Shown here piece after piece: positions 25,223 through 41,935 of a stretch of DNA of 64,000 bases. The notes beneath the pieces are model-generated. The model searched no databases, was not told where the DNA came from, and saw only the letters and a program-made list of their open reading frames with translations. Within the stretch, counting starts at the first letter, position 1, and each line of letters opens with the position of its first letter. The stretch comes from Octopus vulgaris (taxonomy: Eukaryota): NCBI GenBank assembly GCA_951406725.2, contig OX597831.1, positions 26,474,001 to 26,538,000 of the forward strand, in the 5' to 3' direction. Both the position numbers and the translations under genes were made by a program.

Positions 25223-26597
25223 TGTTTTGGTTGCTATATATTTTTAAGATTTTTTAAACAAATGATTCCAATGATGTCTAAAATTGAATAAATTATGCTT
25301 TTCCATTACTACATTCATCTGTGGGTAATACAAATTATTTTTAAGTTAAGTCAACACTCGTGATTAAATTTTAGCTTGTGTAATTTTCCATAATTATTCT
25401 TTTATGGCCTTCATCCGGCCAGCTATCCATCATTACTATTTGGTCCAGCCCGTGGAGGTAAAGAAGTTGCCAACCCTCTGCAGTAGACCTATGATCAAAG
25501 ACATTTCAGCAACAACCATCCCGTCTTTTTTAATAGTCAATTTCTTTATTAACCATGAGGTTGAGAAAAAGAGGGGACGATACGAGGACAGACAAAACAA
25601 ACATTGGGGTCAGAGTATCGAATGAGACGAAACACATGAATAAACAAACAGTCATGGGCAAAATGTGGCTCATGGAACTTTCTGAATAGCACACCTGATG
25701 GAAAATTTACCTTTCAGTTTTTTTGTAGTGCAGGTTCTTTTCTTTTGCTGCTACATATTTTGAAATCTTAAAAATTAAGTGAATATGTTCAAATTTTTGC
25801 TATATTGATGCTATTTTTCATGATGAATCCAATTTTGTTAATCATATGTTCCAGAAAATAATTTTAGAAAAATGTTACTGAGGTTTAAAGTTTGATAATT
25901 TCTCCGTTTGATAGCTGTCAAAATGAAAGCAAAGACATTTGCTTGACAAATTATTATTAAACAAAATGAAAGCAAAACATTATGATGTCAAAAGTTGTAA
26001 GAAATCTTGAAGTTTGAATAAGTTTTAATGAATAAAGTGAAGTAAAATGATAAATCAGGCATGTAAATGATTTAAAAAGGAAAAAACCCTCAATAAAAAT
26101 TTTCTTGAGAAAAATTACAAAAAAAAAAAAAAGCATAGAAGGGCTCAAGGTAAGTGTTCATGCTTAGAGTTAGGGTTTAGAGAAAGCGTTAGGGTTTGAC
26201 AAACCATCAAATAAATTTCCTAGTCTAAAAGAACATACATGCTGTGGTGAGTCTCTCTTTATAGAATTTTCCTTTAGGGATAACACTCTTCTCTTGAAAG
26301 AAAGCAACTAAGTCTTCAGTTTTCACATTCTTGACCATAATTGAAGGATCTAACAAGTTGCTTGTAGTCATGCTTGCATTTAAATTTAAAAGGTCCAAGA
26401 AAATAATTCAAAATTATGAAAGTGAGATAGTGACATGACAACAACTGAAAATATGTTTCACAAAAGAACAGAGGCGAAATGAGAAAAATGTGGTACAAGA
26501 TCGAGAAAATAAGGAACCATCAAAGAAAATACATGTAGTGGTAGTTAAAGCTGGCTGCAGCTTATTATGGAAACTAGCACCATGGGTCTGTGGTTTT

Positions 26598-27056
26598 CAT
26601 CATCATCATCATCATCATCATCATTTAGTGTCCGCTTTCCATGCTAGCATGGGTTGGACGGTTCAACTGGGGTCTGTGAAGCCAGAAGGCTGCATCAGGC
26701 CCAGTCTGATCAGGCAGTGTTTCTACGGCTGGATGCCTTTCCTAACGCCAACCACTCCATGAGTGTAGTGGGTGCTTTTTACATGCCACTCGCACAGGTA
26801 CCAGACAGAGCTGGCATACGGCCACGAATGGATGGTGCTTTTTATGTGCCACCGGCACAGGGGCAAGGCGAGGCTGGCAACGGCCACAAACGGATGATGC
26901 TTTTTAATTGCCACCGGCACAAGGCCAGTCGGGGCAGCGCTGGCAATGGCCACGAACGGATGGTGGTGCAGACGGCCACGAACGGATGGTGCTTTTTACG
27001 TGCCACCGGCACGGGGGCCAGGCGAGGCTGGCAATGGCCACGAACGGATGGTGCTT
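26598..27056 (-). mobile_element. RTE 3' end (family C) with about 61-bp tandem subrepeats
   Basis: (cat)n tail; ggccacgaacggatggtgct(t)ntacgtgccaccggcac repeated. Confidence 0.88.
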
Positions 27057-27597
27057 CGATTGGATAAAATTCCCCAAATTTTGCAAAATTTAAAAGATAT
27101 TAACTTTATTTTTAATTTAAGCCAAAAATGAATCCCATTTTCATAATTAGCATACAAGACTAAATCAGTACAGCAAATTGGAAAACAATTGGAACAAAAA
27201 GAATAGAAAATTGTAACCGCAACAGAAAAGATCGAAAAAAACACTATGGAACCTTGAATGTTTAAAAAGAATTGAATAAAAAAGATAAGAAAGTACAAAT
27301 TTTTTTCATATGTTTCATGAAAAGTATTTAATGAAAGAAAATGAAAAATTTCTCTTTTTTTTTTTTATTTAAAGAAATTAATGAAAGACATGAAACATTA
27401 CAGAACCTTGAATATTTTTAAAAGGGATGAAAATGATTTAAAGAAAGAAAACGATATTATTTTGTTCGTATTTTCTAAAATGAATTAATGAAAGGAAACT
27501 TTTTTTTTTCTCTTTTCTTTTCTCAAATGAAAAGAATTTGATGAGATTATGCCTTATACATTCCTTTAGTTTTTAAACTAAATCACATTTTCCGTAC

Positions 27598-27667
27598 CTG
27601 CAGCATCACATGAACTCACAGAGATATGAATCCACAATGAGATCCACAACATGGTTTTTTTCTTCAT
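27598..27667 (-). CDS. Possible signal-peptide-encoding first coding exon
   Basis: gaaATG start, MKKKTMLWISLWIHISVSSCDAA, then a phase-1 donor CAG|GTACGG; no downstream exon identified. Confidence 0.2.
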
Positions 27668-28470
27668 TTCAGATAAGCCCAAGTAATTTCTACTTGGTCC
27701 TATCTCACAGGTTTACAAACTCAACGTTGCATGCATTGCAACTCACTTGGAGTTGTAACGACAACAAATAGTTTCAACTTCTGCTGTATAGACAATCAGG
27801 TTGCTCAATTGGCTAAAATTGCCTTATTGTAAACGTTTATAACTCTTGATTATTCATTTTTCAAAAGAATGAATATGGTTTTCGTCATCTATCAGCAAGC
27901 AGATCTACATCAAAATATTCAGGTTAATATTTGAGTGGCTTGAAAAAAAATTACCAAAATCCAACAGAGTGTATGTGTGTGGTATACATTATATGAAATG
28001 ATCATCAGAATTACCAATGGTAGGGATGAGCATGTCAAACTAAGACAGGTTTGGAATAGGGTTTGCACTCTGACCTCTGACTTCATAAAACCCTCACTAG
28101 CAATGACTACCTAATCAGACCCATGGGTCTTGAGTAATGCTGCGATGGACTGGCCACATAAGCCACAGAAATTGGGAAACCAGGCCCATGAGCCTGGCTA
28201 GGCTTGAAAAGGGTGGAGGAAAGAATATACATATTTATATATAGTAATATACATATATCTATTTATATATAGTAATATATATATATATAAATCCTTAAAA
28301 TCCTTAAAAATGTTTTAGCCTGAAGGCCGCAGCCATGCTGGGGCACCACCGCTATATATATACTATATATATATATGTTTATGTATCGTAATATATATAT
28401 ATTTATGTATAGTAATATATATTTATATATTTTAATATAATAACTACTGCTTAACCATTTTCTCGCACTA

Positions 28471-28516
28471 TCTCTGATGGAGGGATATATAAAATATCCC
28501 AGAAACAGCTGTAAGA
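28471..28516 (+). ncRNA. Minimal hammerhead-like motif
   Basis: tct CTGATGG a gggatat-ataaa-atatccc a GAAA cagctg TA aga. Confidence 0.55.
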
Positions 28517-28845
28517 CTTTCTCTTTATAAATGTTCAGAAATCTTTCACAGCCTTGGATTTTTTATCTCATTCTGTTAATTTTTTATATATGTATATAGT
28601 AATATATATATATTTATAGTAATTTAAATATATGTATGTATGAATGTGTATATGAGCAGATATGGATGTTTGGTCACATATAGTACTAGAGATAGATAGA
28701 GAGAGAGAGATTATATAGATAGATCTTTAGAGGGGTCCTCTGATGAGCCTAATTACCTAATTGGTGTGCAGAACATAAATGGTAAAATCGGCTGAAATGG
28801 ATTTATGATATTGTATGGTATAAAGATTAATATATGTCTGTGTGT

Positions 28846-28925
<80 letters not shown>

Positions 28926-29589
28926 AGATTTGATAACATATCTCTATATTTTTGTATAAGTCGCTCTCATAATGTTAGATATCTAGTGTTCCACCAATAT
29001 TCAATGTGAATTATAAGAATCTCAGAGAATTCTTTTTGTTTAGCACATTAACCAAATTCTATTAGTTTTGCGAATCTAGGTGAGGTCATCTGGAATAAAA
29101 TGTGGAATCAAGCAAGACATTTTGCTACTGTTATTCTTCAACTTGTTTGCTCACTGTAATACAATGGTTAAACAACTGGTTTTGAAGCAATTGAATTCAA
29201 TATCACATTCTTCAGATATTTTGCCAATTTTTAAAAAATTATATTTTTATTAATTTCTTTATAGAATAACAAAAATAGAAGTTGATAGTCAACACACGAG
29301 GAAAAAAAATTACATGATGGAAGGGAAAAAAATCATGGTCAGCTTTGAAATGAGTTCTAAAACAGCAGAGGTTATAAGTGACATGTCACTTCCGCTTAAA
29401 GTCATGTTATCTTTCTTCTGTCGATCTATGACTGGTATTCACTTGGGGATGTGACTCTGTCATAATGTTTCATTTTGAATTAATTCTTAGGAGAAGAAGG
29501 GGTGGTGGTGTCTACATAGTTCTGTTAAACTGCTAGAAATAGTAGCCAAATTTCTCTCAGAACTTTCACCATTGTCTTAATATATCTTT

Positions 29590-29795
29590 TGTGTGTCTCA
29601 GTCATTGGGCTGCCGCCATGCTGAGTTACTGCCTTGAAGGGTTTTAGTTAAACAAATCAACTCTAGTACTTAGTTTTTTAAAGTCTGATATTTATCCTAT
29701 TGGTTTCTTTTGCCAAATTGTTAAGTAAGTTACAAGGATGTAAACAAACCAACACCAGTTGTCAAACAGTACAGGGGATTTTCATTAACACAACA

Positions 29796-29829
<34 letters not shown>

Positions 29830-30110
29830 AGCTGTAGAAACACTGCCAGATCAGACTGGAGCCTGGTGCAGCCTCCTGGATTCCCAGACCCCGGTCGAAC
29901 CGTCCAACCCATGCTAGCATGGAAAATGGAAGTTGAACGATGATGATGATGATGATGATGTATATGACAGGCTTCTTTCAGTTTCAATCTACTAAATCCT
30001 CTCATAAGACTTTGGTCAACCTGGAGCCACAGTAGAAGACATTTGGCCAAGGTACCTCACAGCAGGACTGAAGCGGGACTGAACCTGAAACTATGGGGTT
30101 GGAAAGCAAC
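29590..30110 (-). mobile_element. SINE family A (diverged) with an RTE tail (29828-29960, plus) inserted in its microsatellite
   Basis: Both halves of A flank ccagctgtagaaacactgccagatcagac...(gat)n. Confidence 0.8.
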
Positions 30111-30787
30111 CATGCAGACATATCTGCATCCACAGGTACAGCTGCACTTATGTATGCAGTCATGCCTGAACCAATGGAAAACACATTCAATAATGTGGCC
30201 TTAGATAATTTATGTTGAGAAGAAGAAGGGCTGGTCACAACTGAAAATTCTTTAGTATCTGATCTGTTTGATCTTAGAAGTAACAAAAATATTGCCCCCA
30301 GCACCACCACTATCAGAGGTTCTACAGTGATTGCTGTAGTGTAGGAGATAACCTTGCAACAAACTGATGCCATTACTAGAGTTTATTATCAGTTACAGGT
30401 AGATGTTTTTCCTTTCCCTTACATCATTAATGTTTAGGACATACGAATGTCACAAAATCAATTCTGCTCTCCCTTAATGTCATAAAACTTGATCAATACT
30501 TCAAAGATACCCATGATAGTGAATTGGCCTGGCCCATTAAAGCTCTTGGGTACATTGTTATAAGCATCTGGGCTACACTTTCGGCCTGAGGTTAATATTC
30601 TCCTTTTTCTCAATAGTCACAAAAGCCATAAAAATGGTAATATGTGTGCTGCATTCTACACAGGATTCAGCCATGAAAACATAATAGTTCAGAGAATTAG
30701 AGACCGTTGTTAATGTAAATGACAGAGGCAGAGAACAGAGCTTGAAACTGGGTCAATGGATGGAATGTGTTTTATACTCACAATAAC

Positions 30788-32506
<1,719 letters not shown>

Positions 32507-32938
32507 CAGGGTGTCCCAGATTTAACTATCTAATTCAATGAAATTGGGAAATTTTTGAAAATTGACAGAATTTTATATTTATTTACTAATTTAAGTTACC
32601 ATAACAAAAGGAATTTACAAATCTTACATCAAAACTTTATTGAAATCTTCCAACATGTGCTCCCCTGTATCCCTGTAAATTTCAGATCTATTCTCAGCAT
32701 TGTGAAATACATATTGAAGCATTCAGCAAACTGAATGCAAACTTTAAGTTCAGTGAAATTGCAAAAAAAAATCGGCCTCAACAAAAGGAATAAAACTGTA
32801 AAAACATTATAAAAATTATAAAACTATAAACAAAAACAAAAATTTATACACTTTTAACACATCAAGCTTGATAAATATACATAGAAGTGAGGTTTTAGAA
32901 AATTATCTAATTTCACTGAAATAGATAGTTAATTCTGC
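32507..32938. mobile_element. Tc1/mariner-like MITE remnant
   Basis: Left end cagggtgtcccagatttaactatctaattcaatgaaatt; inverted counterpart aatttcactgaaatagatagttaattctg; right terminus truncated. Confidence 0.65.
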
Positions 32939-33001
32939 ACTAGCCACTAAACCTTTTATATTTTCTCTTTTTATTTTCTCTCTCTGTTTGTTTCTGTGTC
33001 C

Positions 33002-33037
33002 CTTTCTGTTGAAGAGCATAGGCTCGAAATGTAAAAG
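33002..33037 (+). ncRNA. Minimal hammerhead-like motif
   Basis: cttt CTGTTGA a gagc-atag-gctc GAAA tg TA aaag. Confidence 0.55.
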
Positions 33038-33341
33038 ATTTACTCACTACCTGAGTGTTAAACTAATACATCTGTTTGTTGTTTACACACCAGTCTTCAT
33101 TTTTTTTTTTTTTGGAAATTCCAACTATATATATAAATATATATAAGGAAGCAATGGCCATAGCAGTCATTATCATTCTGTTCGTTTAGCTTATGCAATC
33201 TATATATGCTGAATATGTTTATTGTGTGTGAATATATAATGAGACTATTAGCTGTTTGTAGCAAAATCGGTGTTTTAACCAGCCATGAAATTTTCTGAAA
33301 TGTACTCTGTTCATTATGTTACAGCACACTTATGTATATTG

Positions 33342-33374
<33 letters not shown>

Positions 33375-33380
<6 letters not shown>

Positions 33381-33975
33381 TAGGAAGGGCATCCAGCTGT
33401 AGGAAACCAAGCCAAATTCAAACTAGAATCTGGTGCAGCTCTCTGGTTTACCAGTTCCAGTCAAGCCAGGTAATCTATGCCAGCATGGAAAGCAGATGTT
33501 AAATGATGATGATGATATTTACTTATTTATTTATATGTGTGTCAAATGATATAGCATTGGTTATATAACTAAAACAGTTATGAAACAGTTGTCAACTAAT
33601 GAAATAAACATCTATTTTCTCATTTCGCTTTTCTTACCTGATCAATTTCTGTACATACTTTCTACCATTGCAATTTTCAGAATGATGCTGAGGTTAATCT
33701 TAGCAATAACCATGGTCTTTCTTGCTTGTCCTGCACAAGGTGGAGAGCTTAATGTAATCTCTGTTTGATTCTCTGAACCCTAAGCACCGATGCTGGTGAC
33801 ACTTAAAAGGTACTCACTGCACTCTCAGAGTGGATGGCATTAGGAAGGACATCTAGCTGTAGAAACCAAGCCAGAGTCATATTGGATCTTGATGCAGCTC
33901 TCCAACTTACCAGTTCCCATCGAACAGTCTAACCCATGCCAGCATGGAAGGCAAACGTTAAATGATGATGATGAT
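33375..33975 (+). mobile_element. Two degenerate RTE 3' ends (33375-33516, 33790-33975)
   Basis: ggcattaggaagg...catggaa...(gat)n. Confidence 0.75.
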
Positions 33976-34022
33976 AGTATATATATATATATACATATAT
34001 ATATATTCTTTTATATGTTTCA

Positions 34023-34255
34023 TATTTCTTTACTGCCCACAAGGGGCTAAACATAGAGCAGACAAACAAGGACAGACAAAGGTATTAAGTTGATTACATC
34101 GACCCCAGTGCGTAACTGGTTCTTAATTTATCGAACCCGAAAGGATGAAAGGCAATGTCAACCTCGGCAGAATTTGAACTCAGAACGTAACGGCAGACGA
34201 AATACCGGTAAGCATTTCACCCGGCGCGCTAACACTTCTGCCAGCTCACCACCTT
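34023..34255 (-). mobile_element. SINE family B with TSD
   Basis: ctttta(t/c)atgtttc on both sides. Confidence 0.9.
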
Positions 34256-34317
34256 TTACATGTTTCTTTTAGATGTTTTACATTCTTTTACATGTTTCAG
34301 TCATTTAACTGTTGCCA

Positions 34318-34354
<37 letters not shown>

Positions 34355-35094
34355 CATACATACATACATACATAAGTACCATGTTTAAAAAAGGAGAACT
34401 GGGGTTGATTCATTTGACTAAAAACTCGAGGTGGTGCCCCAGCATGGCCGCAGTCTAGTGATTGGAATGATTAAAAGATAAACGATACTCAGCAACTTTG
34501 CCATAATTACATGTATAATTATCACAAAAACTCATCTCAGACATTTATATAGCTTTCCAGAAAATAATCTGTCTGTTGAGATCTCACTTCAGCAACAATA
34601 CACACATGCCTGCACACACACACACACACACAGATAAACAAAGGACCAAAGTATCTCACTTTAGTGTCAAATGTTATTGGGTTTTGAACGCAGACATCAT
34701 CAAACCTACTCCGATGACTGATAATAAAAAAACGTTATTCACGAATGACTAAACACCATATTTGGCACAAAAGAACAAATAAACAGAACATTATCACTTG
34801 CACACACACACACATGTATAGACACATATACATACATATGCATACTTGTACAGATGATAAACCACAAAGAATGCAAAAATCCTACTCAAGAGAAAATATC
34901 TTTGTTACATTTTGTGTATCAACTGACCAAACTACAATTTGCTTGCTTCAGTAGATTGCATTTTGTTTAATCAACATGATAGCTTTGTTATGATTTTTAT
35001 CTGCTCTGCAGAAATGGCAGCTCATCATGGTTTTTAGTTTGGAAATTCTTGATATAAACAGGGAAAATTTACTAAGGTAGTGACATTTACTAAG

Positions 35095-35415
35095 GTAGTG
35101 TATGGAGTGTGATGATGGTACATGCTAGTGAAACATGGATATTAGATATGGAGGATATGTGAAGGCTGGAAAAAAATTGGGCGAGTTTGTTCTGCTACAT
35201 GTGTAATGTCAGTGTGCACGAATGATGAAGATCAATAAGCTGAGAGGAAACCTGTGTGTAATAAAAAAAAAAAACAGATGTCATATGTAAGTGAGATGGC
35301 TGTTGGTATGAATACGTGATGCATATGGAAGATGACTTTTGGATAACAAAATTCTAAGTAATACAGTTGGAAGGAACCTGCAGAAGACAAAGATCAAAAA
35401 ACATATGGAAAGAAA
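35095..35415 (+). mobile_element. Degenerate RTE ORF fragment
   Basis: SVMMVHASETW and CNVSVHE remnants matching the 56.9-57.3 kb LINE. Confidence 0.6.
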
Positions 35416-35419
35416 TCTT

Positions 35420-36060
35420 TTATCTTTTTACCTCTTACTTGTTTCAGTTATTTGACTGCGGCCATGCTGGGGCACCGCCTTGAAATTTTAGTCAAATGTA
35501 TCAACCCCAGTGCTTATTTTTTAAAGCCTGGTACTTACTTTATCGGTCTCTTGGGCTGAACTGTTAAGTTATAAGGATGTAAACACACCAGCACCGTTTG
35601 TCAAGCAGTGATGGGGAAGAAACACAGACACAAAGAAACACACACATAGATACATATATAGGATGGGCTTCTTTCAGTTTCCATCAACCAAATCCAAATC
35701 TACTCACAAGGTTTTGGTCAGCCCAAAGCTATTGTAGAAGACATTCGCCCATGGTGCCATGCAATGGGACTGAACCCAGAATCATGTGGTTGCGAAGCAA
35801 GCCTCTTATTTCTTTACTGCCCAGAAGGAGCTACACACAGAGGGGGCAAACAAGGACAGACATACAGATTAAGTCAATTATATCGACCCCAGTGCGTAAC
35901 TGGTACTTATTTAATCGACCCTGGAAGGATGAAAGGCAAAGTCGACCTCGGCAGAATTTGAAGTCAGAACTTAGTGGCAGACGAAATACTGCTAAGCATT
36001 TCACCCGGTGTCCAAACGTTTCTGCCAGCAAGCCTCTTACCACACAGCCACCCCCGCACC
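35420..36060 (-). mobile_element. SINE family A with a family-B SINE (35806-36028) inserted in its head
   Basis: TSD gcaagcctctta at about 35797 and 36028. Confidence 0.88.
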
Positions 36061-36425
36061 TCATCATCATTGTTTTACATCTGCTTTCCATGCTAGCACA
36101 GATGTGTGTGTGTGTGTGTGTGCATGTGCATGTGTGTGTGTGTGTTTGTGTTTGTGTGTCTCCTTGTCTTGACATCATGTGATGACTGTACAAGGGTGTC
36201 ACTATCATACAAGCACAATGTCATTTATTTGCAATATTCTGTTCTGTAAATATATCGGCCCATTGTAAAAATATTACCTTATCTGGAAACAGGTGAAGGT
36301 TGGTAACAGCAAGGGCACCCAGCTGTAAAAAATCTGATGCTTATGATGATATCCATTTTGTATTTGTGAATGACATGGTGTATCATAATCATTATCGTTA
36401 CATGTATGCATTTAATTAATTGCCA

Positions 36426-36811
36426 TTAAACCTTTGACTGCATAATTAAATTTCATGGTCGCTTCTGAAACGATATTAATTATCCATCAAAAACATTGAA
36501 TTAATATGTTATATTTCTGCAATGCTGTCTCAGTATCTCTTTTGTAGGTAAGGTTTTTCATATCCACCGCTAAAAATATTTGATTCTTGTTCTATAGAGA
36601 AATACTTGATGAAATACGTGAAAGAAAATTGAGAAAAATCTGAAAAAATAACTTGTGTAAAAAAATATTTGGTGGGTGTCTCCATTTTTCACAGCATAAG
36701 AAGAGGTTGTTCTTTTTTTTTTTTCAAAGCTATTAGGGAAAACCACTTTCCACAGTTACAGATGGTGACACTTCAAGCGGATTTATGCACTTTCCACATT
36801 CAAAGGGTTAA
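36426..36811. mobile_element. piggyBac-like MITE
   Basis: ttaa-acctttga ... tcaaaggg-ttaa. Confidence 0.55.
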
Positions 36812-36818
36812 GGCTTCA

Positions 36819-37365
<547 letters not shown>

Positions 37366-38304
37366 TTTGTGGTATTGGAGGTAGGGTGATAATGTTGTTG
37401 AAAGCCATATCAGACCTCAAAGAGATTCCATGCATGGCTGTCATTTTTGTTTCTAGACATAATGAACCTAGGACTACATGACCTAGAGTTTCCTTCCTTC
37501 TTTCCAGCTCATCATCATCGTTTAATGTCGGGTTTTCCAAACTGGCACAGGTTGTACAGTTTAACCGGAGCTGGCCAGCTGAAAAGTTGTCCAGGCTCCA
37601 AATTGTCTGTTTTGGCATGCTCTCTGTAGTTGGATGCCCTTACTAACGCCAACCCCTTTTACAGAGTGTGCTGGGTGCTTTTCATGTGCCAGCAGCATGG
37701 GTGCACTTACGTGGCACCAGCACTTACAAGACAAAGACCTCTCAGTTGGGAGATGATGTGGGGGGCACAGCCTTTAAGGGACACACCTGTATGTATGGCT
37801 GGCCCTCATAGGTCAGTTCTCACCCAGTTGATCTATAATCAAATGCATTCCAAGCATGGCCACCACCTTTTAAAAAGAATTTTCTTCCAGACATAGTGCA
37901 CCTAGGACTATAAGATTCAGCATGTCTTCTAAGATAGTACAGTAAGATATGAGGGACATTTAGCTGACATTTCAAGCATGTCTTTGTAATCCCATTACTA
38001 TTTATGTTATATTTGTTTGTATACAACACCGCACCACTGCCCCCACCACCACCACCAACAACACCAACAGCTTTTTTTTGAATTAAAATGAATATCAAGA
38101 TGTTTATTTATTGATTGATTTGAAGATTTTTTTTTTGTCTTTGTTTTTTTTGTTCTTCAGTTCTTTTTGTGTTCCGTCTTTGAAAATCTCTGTCACTGAA
38201 ACGCTTTAACACTTCGGTATTTCTTCTTAGAAATTGCTCCAAAAAGTGTTGACACAAGGACTCTTGAAAATTAAATGGCTTTCAGCTGCAATATGGGGAA
38301 ACTC

Positions 38305-40320
<2,016 letters not shown>

Positions 40321-40602
40321 ATGTAGGCCCACAAATGCACCCAAGTGCATATATATATATATCTACTACTGTAGAGAGACAGTAACAAAATACCACTACA
40401 TAGATCTAAAATTCAATTATGTATGTGTATATATATATATATATATAATGATTTACAATCGAGGTGCAGAAATGGCGTACTCCAAAAAATATGGTAAAAT
40501 AATCTGATGGTAGAAAGAATTCCGTGAATTAGGTACTCCAAAGCCAGTCGGAAGGACAGGGGTCCGAGTAAGCATGCGGTAAATAGTTAATCCTCTGTCT
40601 CC

Positions 40603-40639
40603 TGTTTGTGAAGAAGAGCTTTGCTCGAAATATAAAACA
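40603..40639 (+). ncRNA. Degenerate minimal hammerhead-like motif
   Basis: tgttt GTGAAGA a gagc-ttt-gctc GAAA ta TA aaaca. Confidence 0.5.
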
Positions 40640-40929
40640 CCCTTTCTTTCCTTCCCTGAGTATCTTATTAATACTTTGCATGTACCACGTCCTCATGTTA
40701 TTGCTTTTTTCTTGTCTTTTTTTTATTCATTTTTGGGTGATTAATTGTATATATACAAACACATACACACACTGTGTGTGTGTGAGAGAGAGAGAGTAAA
40801 GATGCAGACTTGGCTGTGTGGTTGACAAACTTACTTCCCAACCACATGATTTAGGTTCAGTTCAACTGCATGTCATCATGAGTAAATGTCTTCTACTGTA
40901 GGTCCAGGCTGACCATAAGGTGCATACCA

Positions 40930-41200
40930 GAGGTTTTGAGACATTTTCAGGAAAGACATTAATTTCAAAGAAGTACAAAACTTCAATCCCCTTCAAAGTA
41001 GTCTCCTCTGACTTCAATGCACTTGTTGTAGCATTCAAGTCATTTCATGAAAACCCCATGGAAGTCTTTCAAAGTGAAGATGTCCAGGACCCTTGTCACA
41101 GCCTCCTTCATCTTCATAACATCTTTGAAATTATTGCCCCTGAGGTTCTCCTTCAGATTGAAAAACAACAAAATTCACAAGGAGTAATAAGGTCTGGACA
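40930..41200 (-). mobile_element. mariner transposase C-terminal remnant
   Basis: Minus translation includes YNKCIEVRGDYFEGD. Confidence 0.7.
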
Positions 41201-41559
41201 AAAATTTGTGCTTTGAAATCAACAATTTGTCAAACAAGTAATTACAGCTGATTATTCAGTTTCTAAATGTTATATCAGATTGACAGGACTTTTTTAAAGT
41301 AAGGTTCAATCAACATTAATATACTTTCAAAAATCTTAAAAGATCTTTAAACATAATTTTGTTAAAGTATATTTATTCTTTAAAAAATAAAAATATTAGA
41401 AAATACAATGTATTCGAAAGATACAACATGGTACTTTTATAATCAGGACAATAATAACTGAGTTGTTATGGCAGAGAAAATGAACATATTGTCCAATGGG
41501 AATATTGTTTAAGATAGTCACATGGTATAAATCGAAAAATTTATCTCTTTTTTATATTC

Positions 41560-41935
41560 TTTATATTTCATTTGTTTCAGCCTTTGGACTATGGCCATAC
41601 TGAGGCACTACATTGTACAGTTCAGTTGATAAAATTGACCTGACTTTTAAACCAGGCACTCATTCAATCAGTCTTCTTTTGTCAAACCACTAAGTTATGG
41701 GGGATGTAAAAATAAATACGAACCTGGTTGCCAAGCAGTGGTGGGGTTAAGCGCAAACACAAAGACACACACACACCTGAATATATACAGCAGGCTTCTG
41801 CCTTCCACGAATTCACTCACAAGGCTTTGGTTAGACTGGGGTTATAATGGAAGACACTTGCTAAGGTGTGCCACAGTGTGGAATGAACCCAAAACCACAT
41901 ACTTGGGATGCAACTTTCTTATTACTCAGCCGCAG
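41560..41935 (-). mobile_element. SINE family A, old
   Basis: Degenerate homology along the whole length. Confidence 0.7.

Larger units (their letters stand above)
23225..25480 (+). mobile_element. Internally deleted hAT (Charlie/SPIN-like) DNA transposon
   Basis: Imperfect TIRs cagggggtcagggaacct / aagttgccaaccctctg; perfect 8-bp TSD cagtagac at 23217-23224 and 25481-25488. Confidence 0.92.

Noticed and set aside
28735-28775. ctgatga followed by a gcctaatt/aattggt hairpin
   Set aside because: No GAAA or 3' half; at most a truncated remnant.
36530-36553. ttttgtag|gtaag recursive-splice-like motif
   Set aside because: It lies inside a piggyBac-like MITE and no host gene is established; a single occurrence is compatible with chance.
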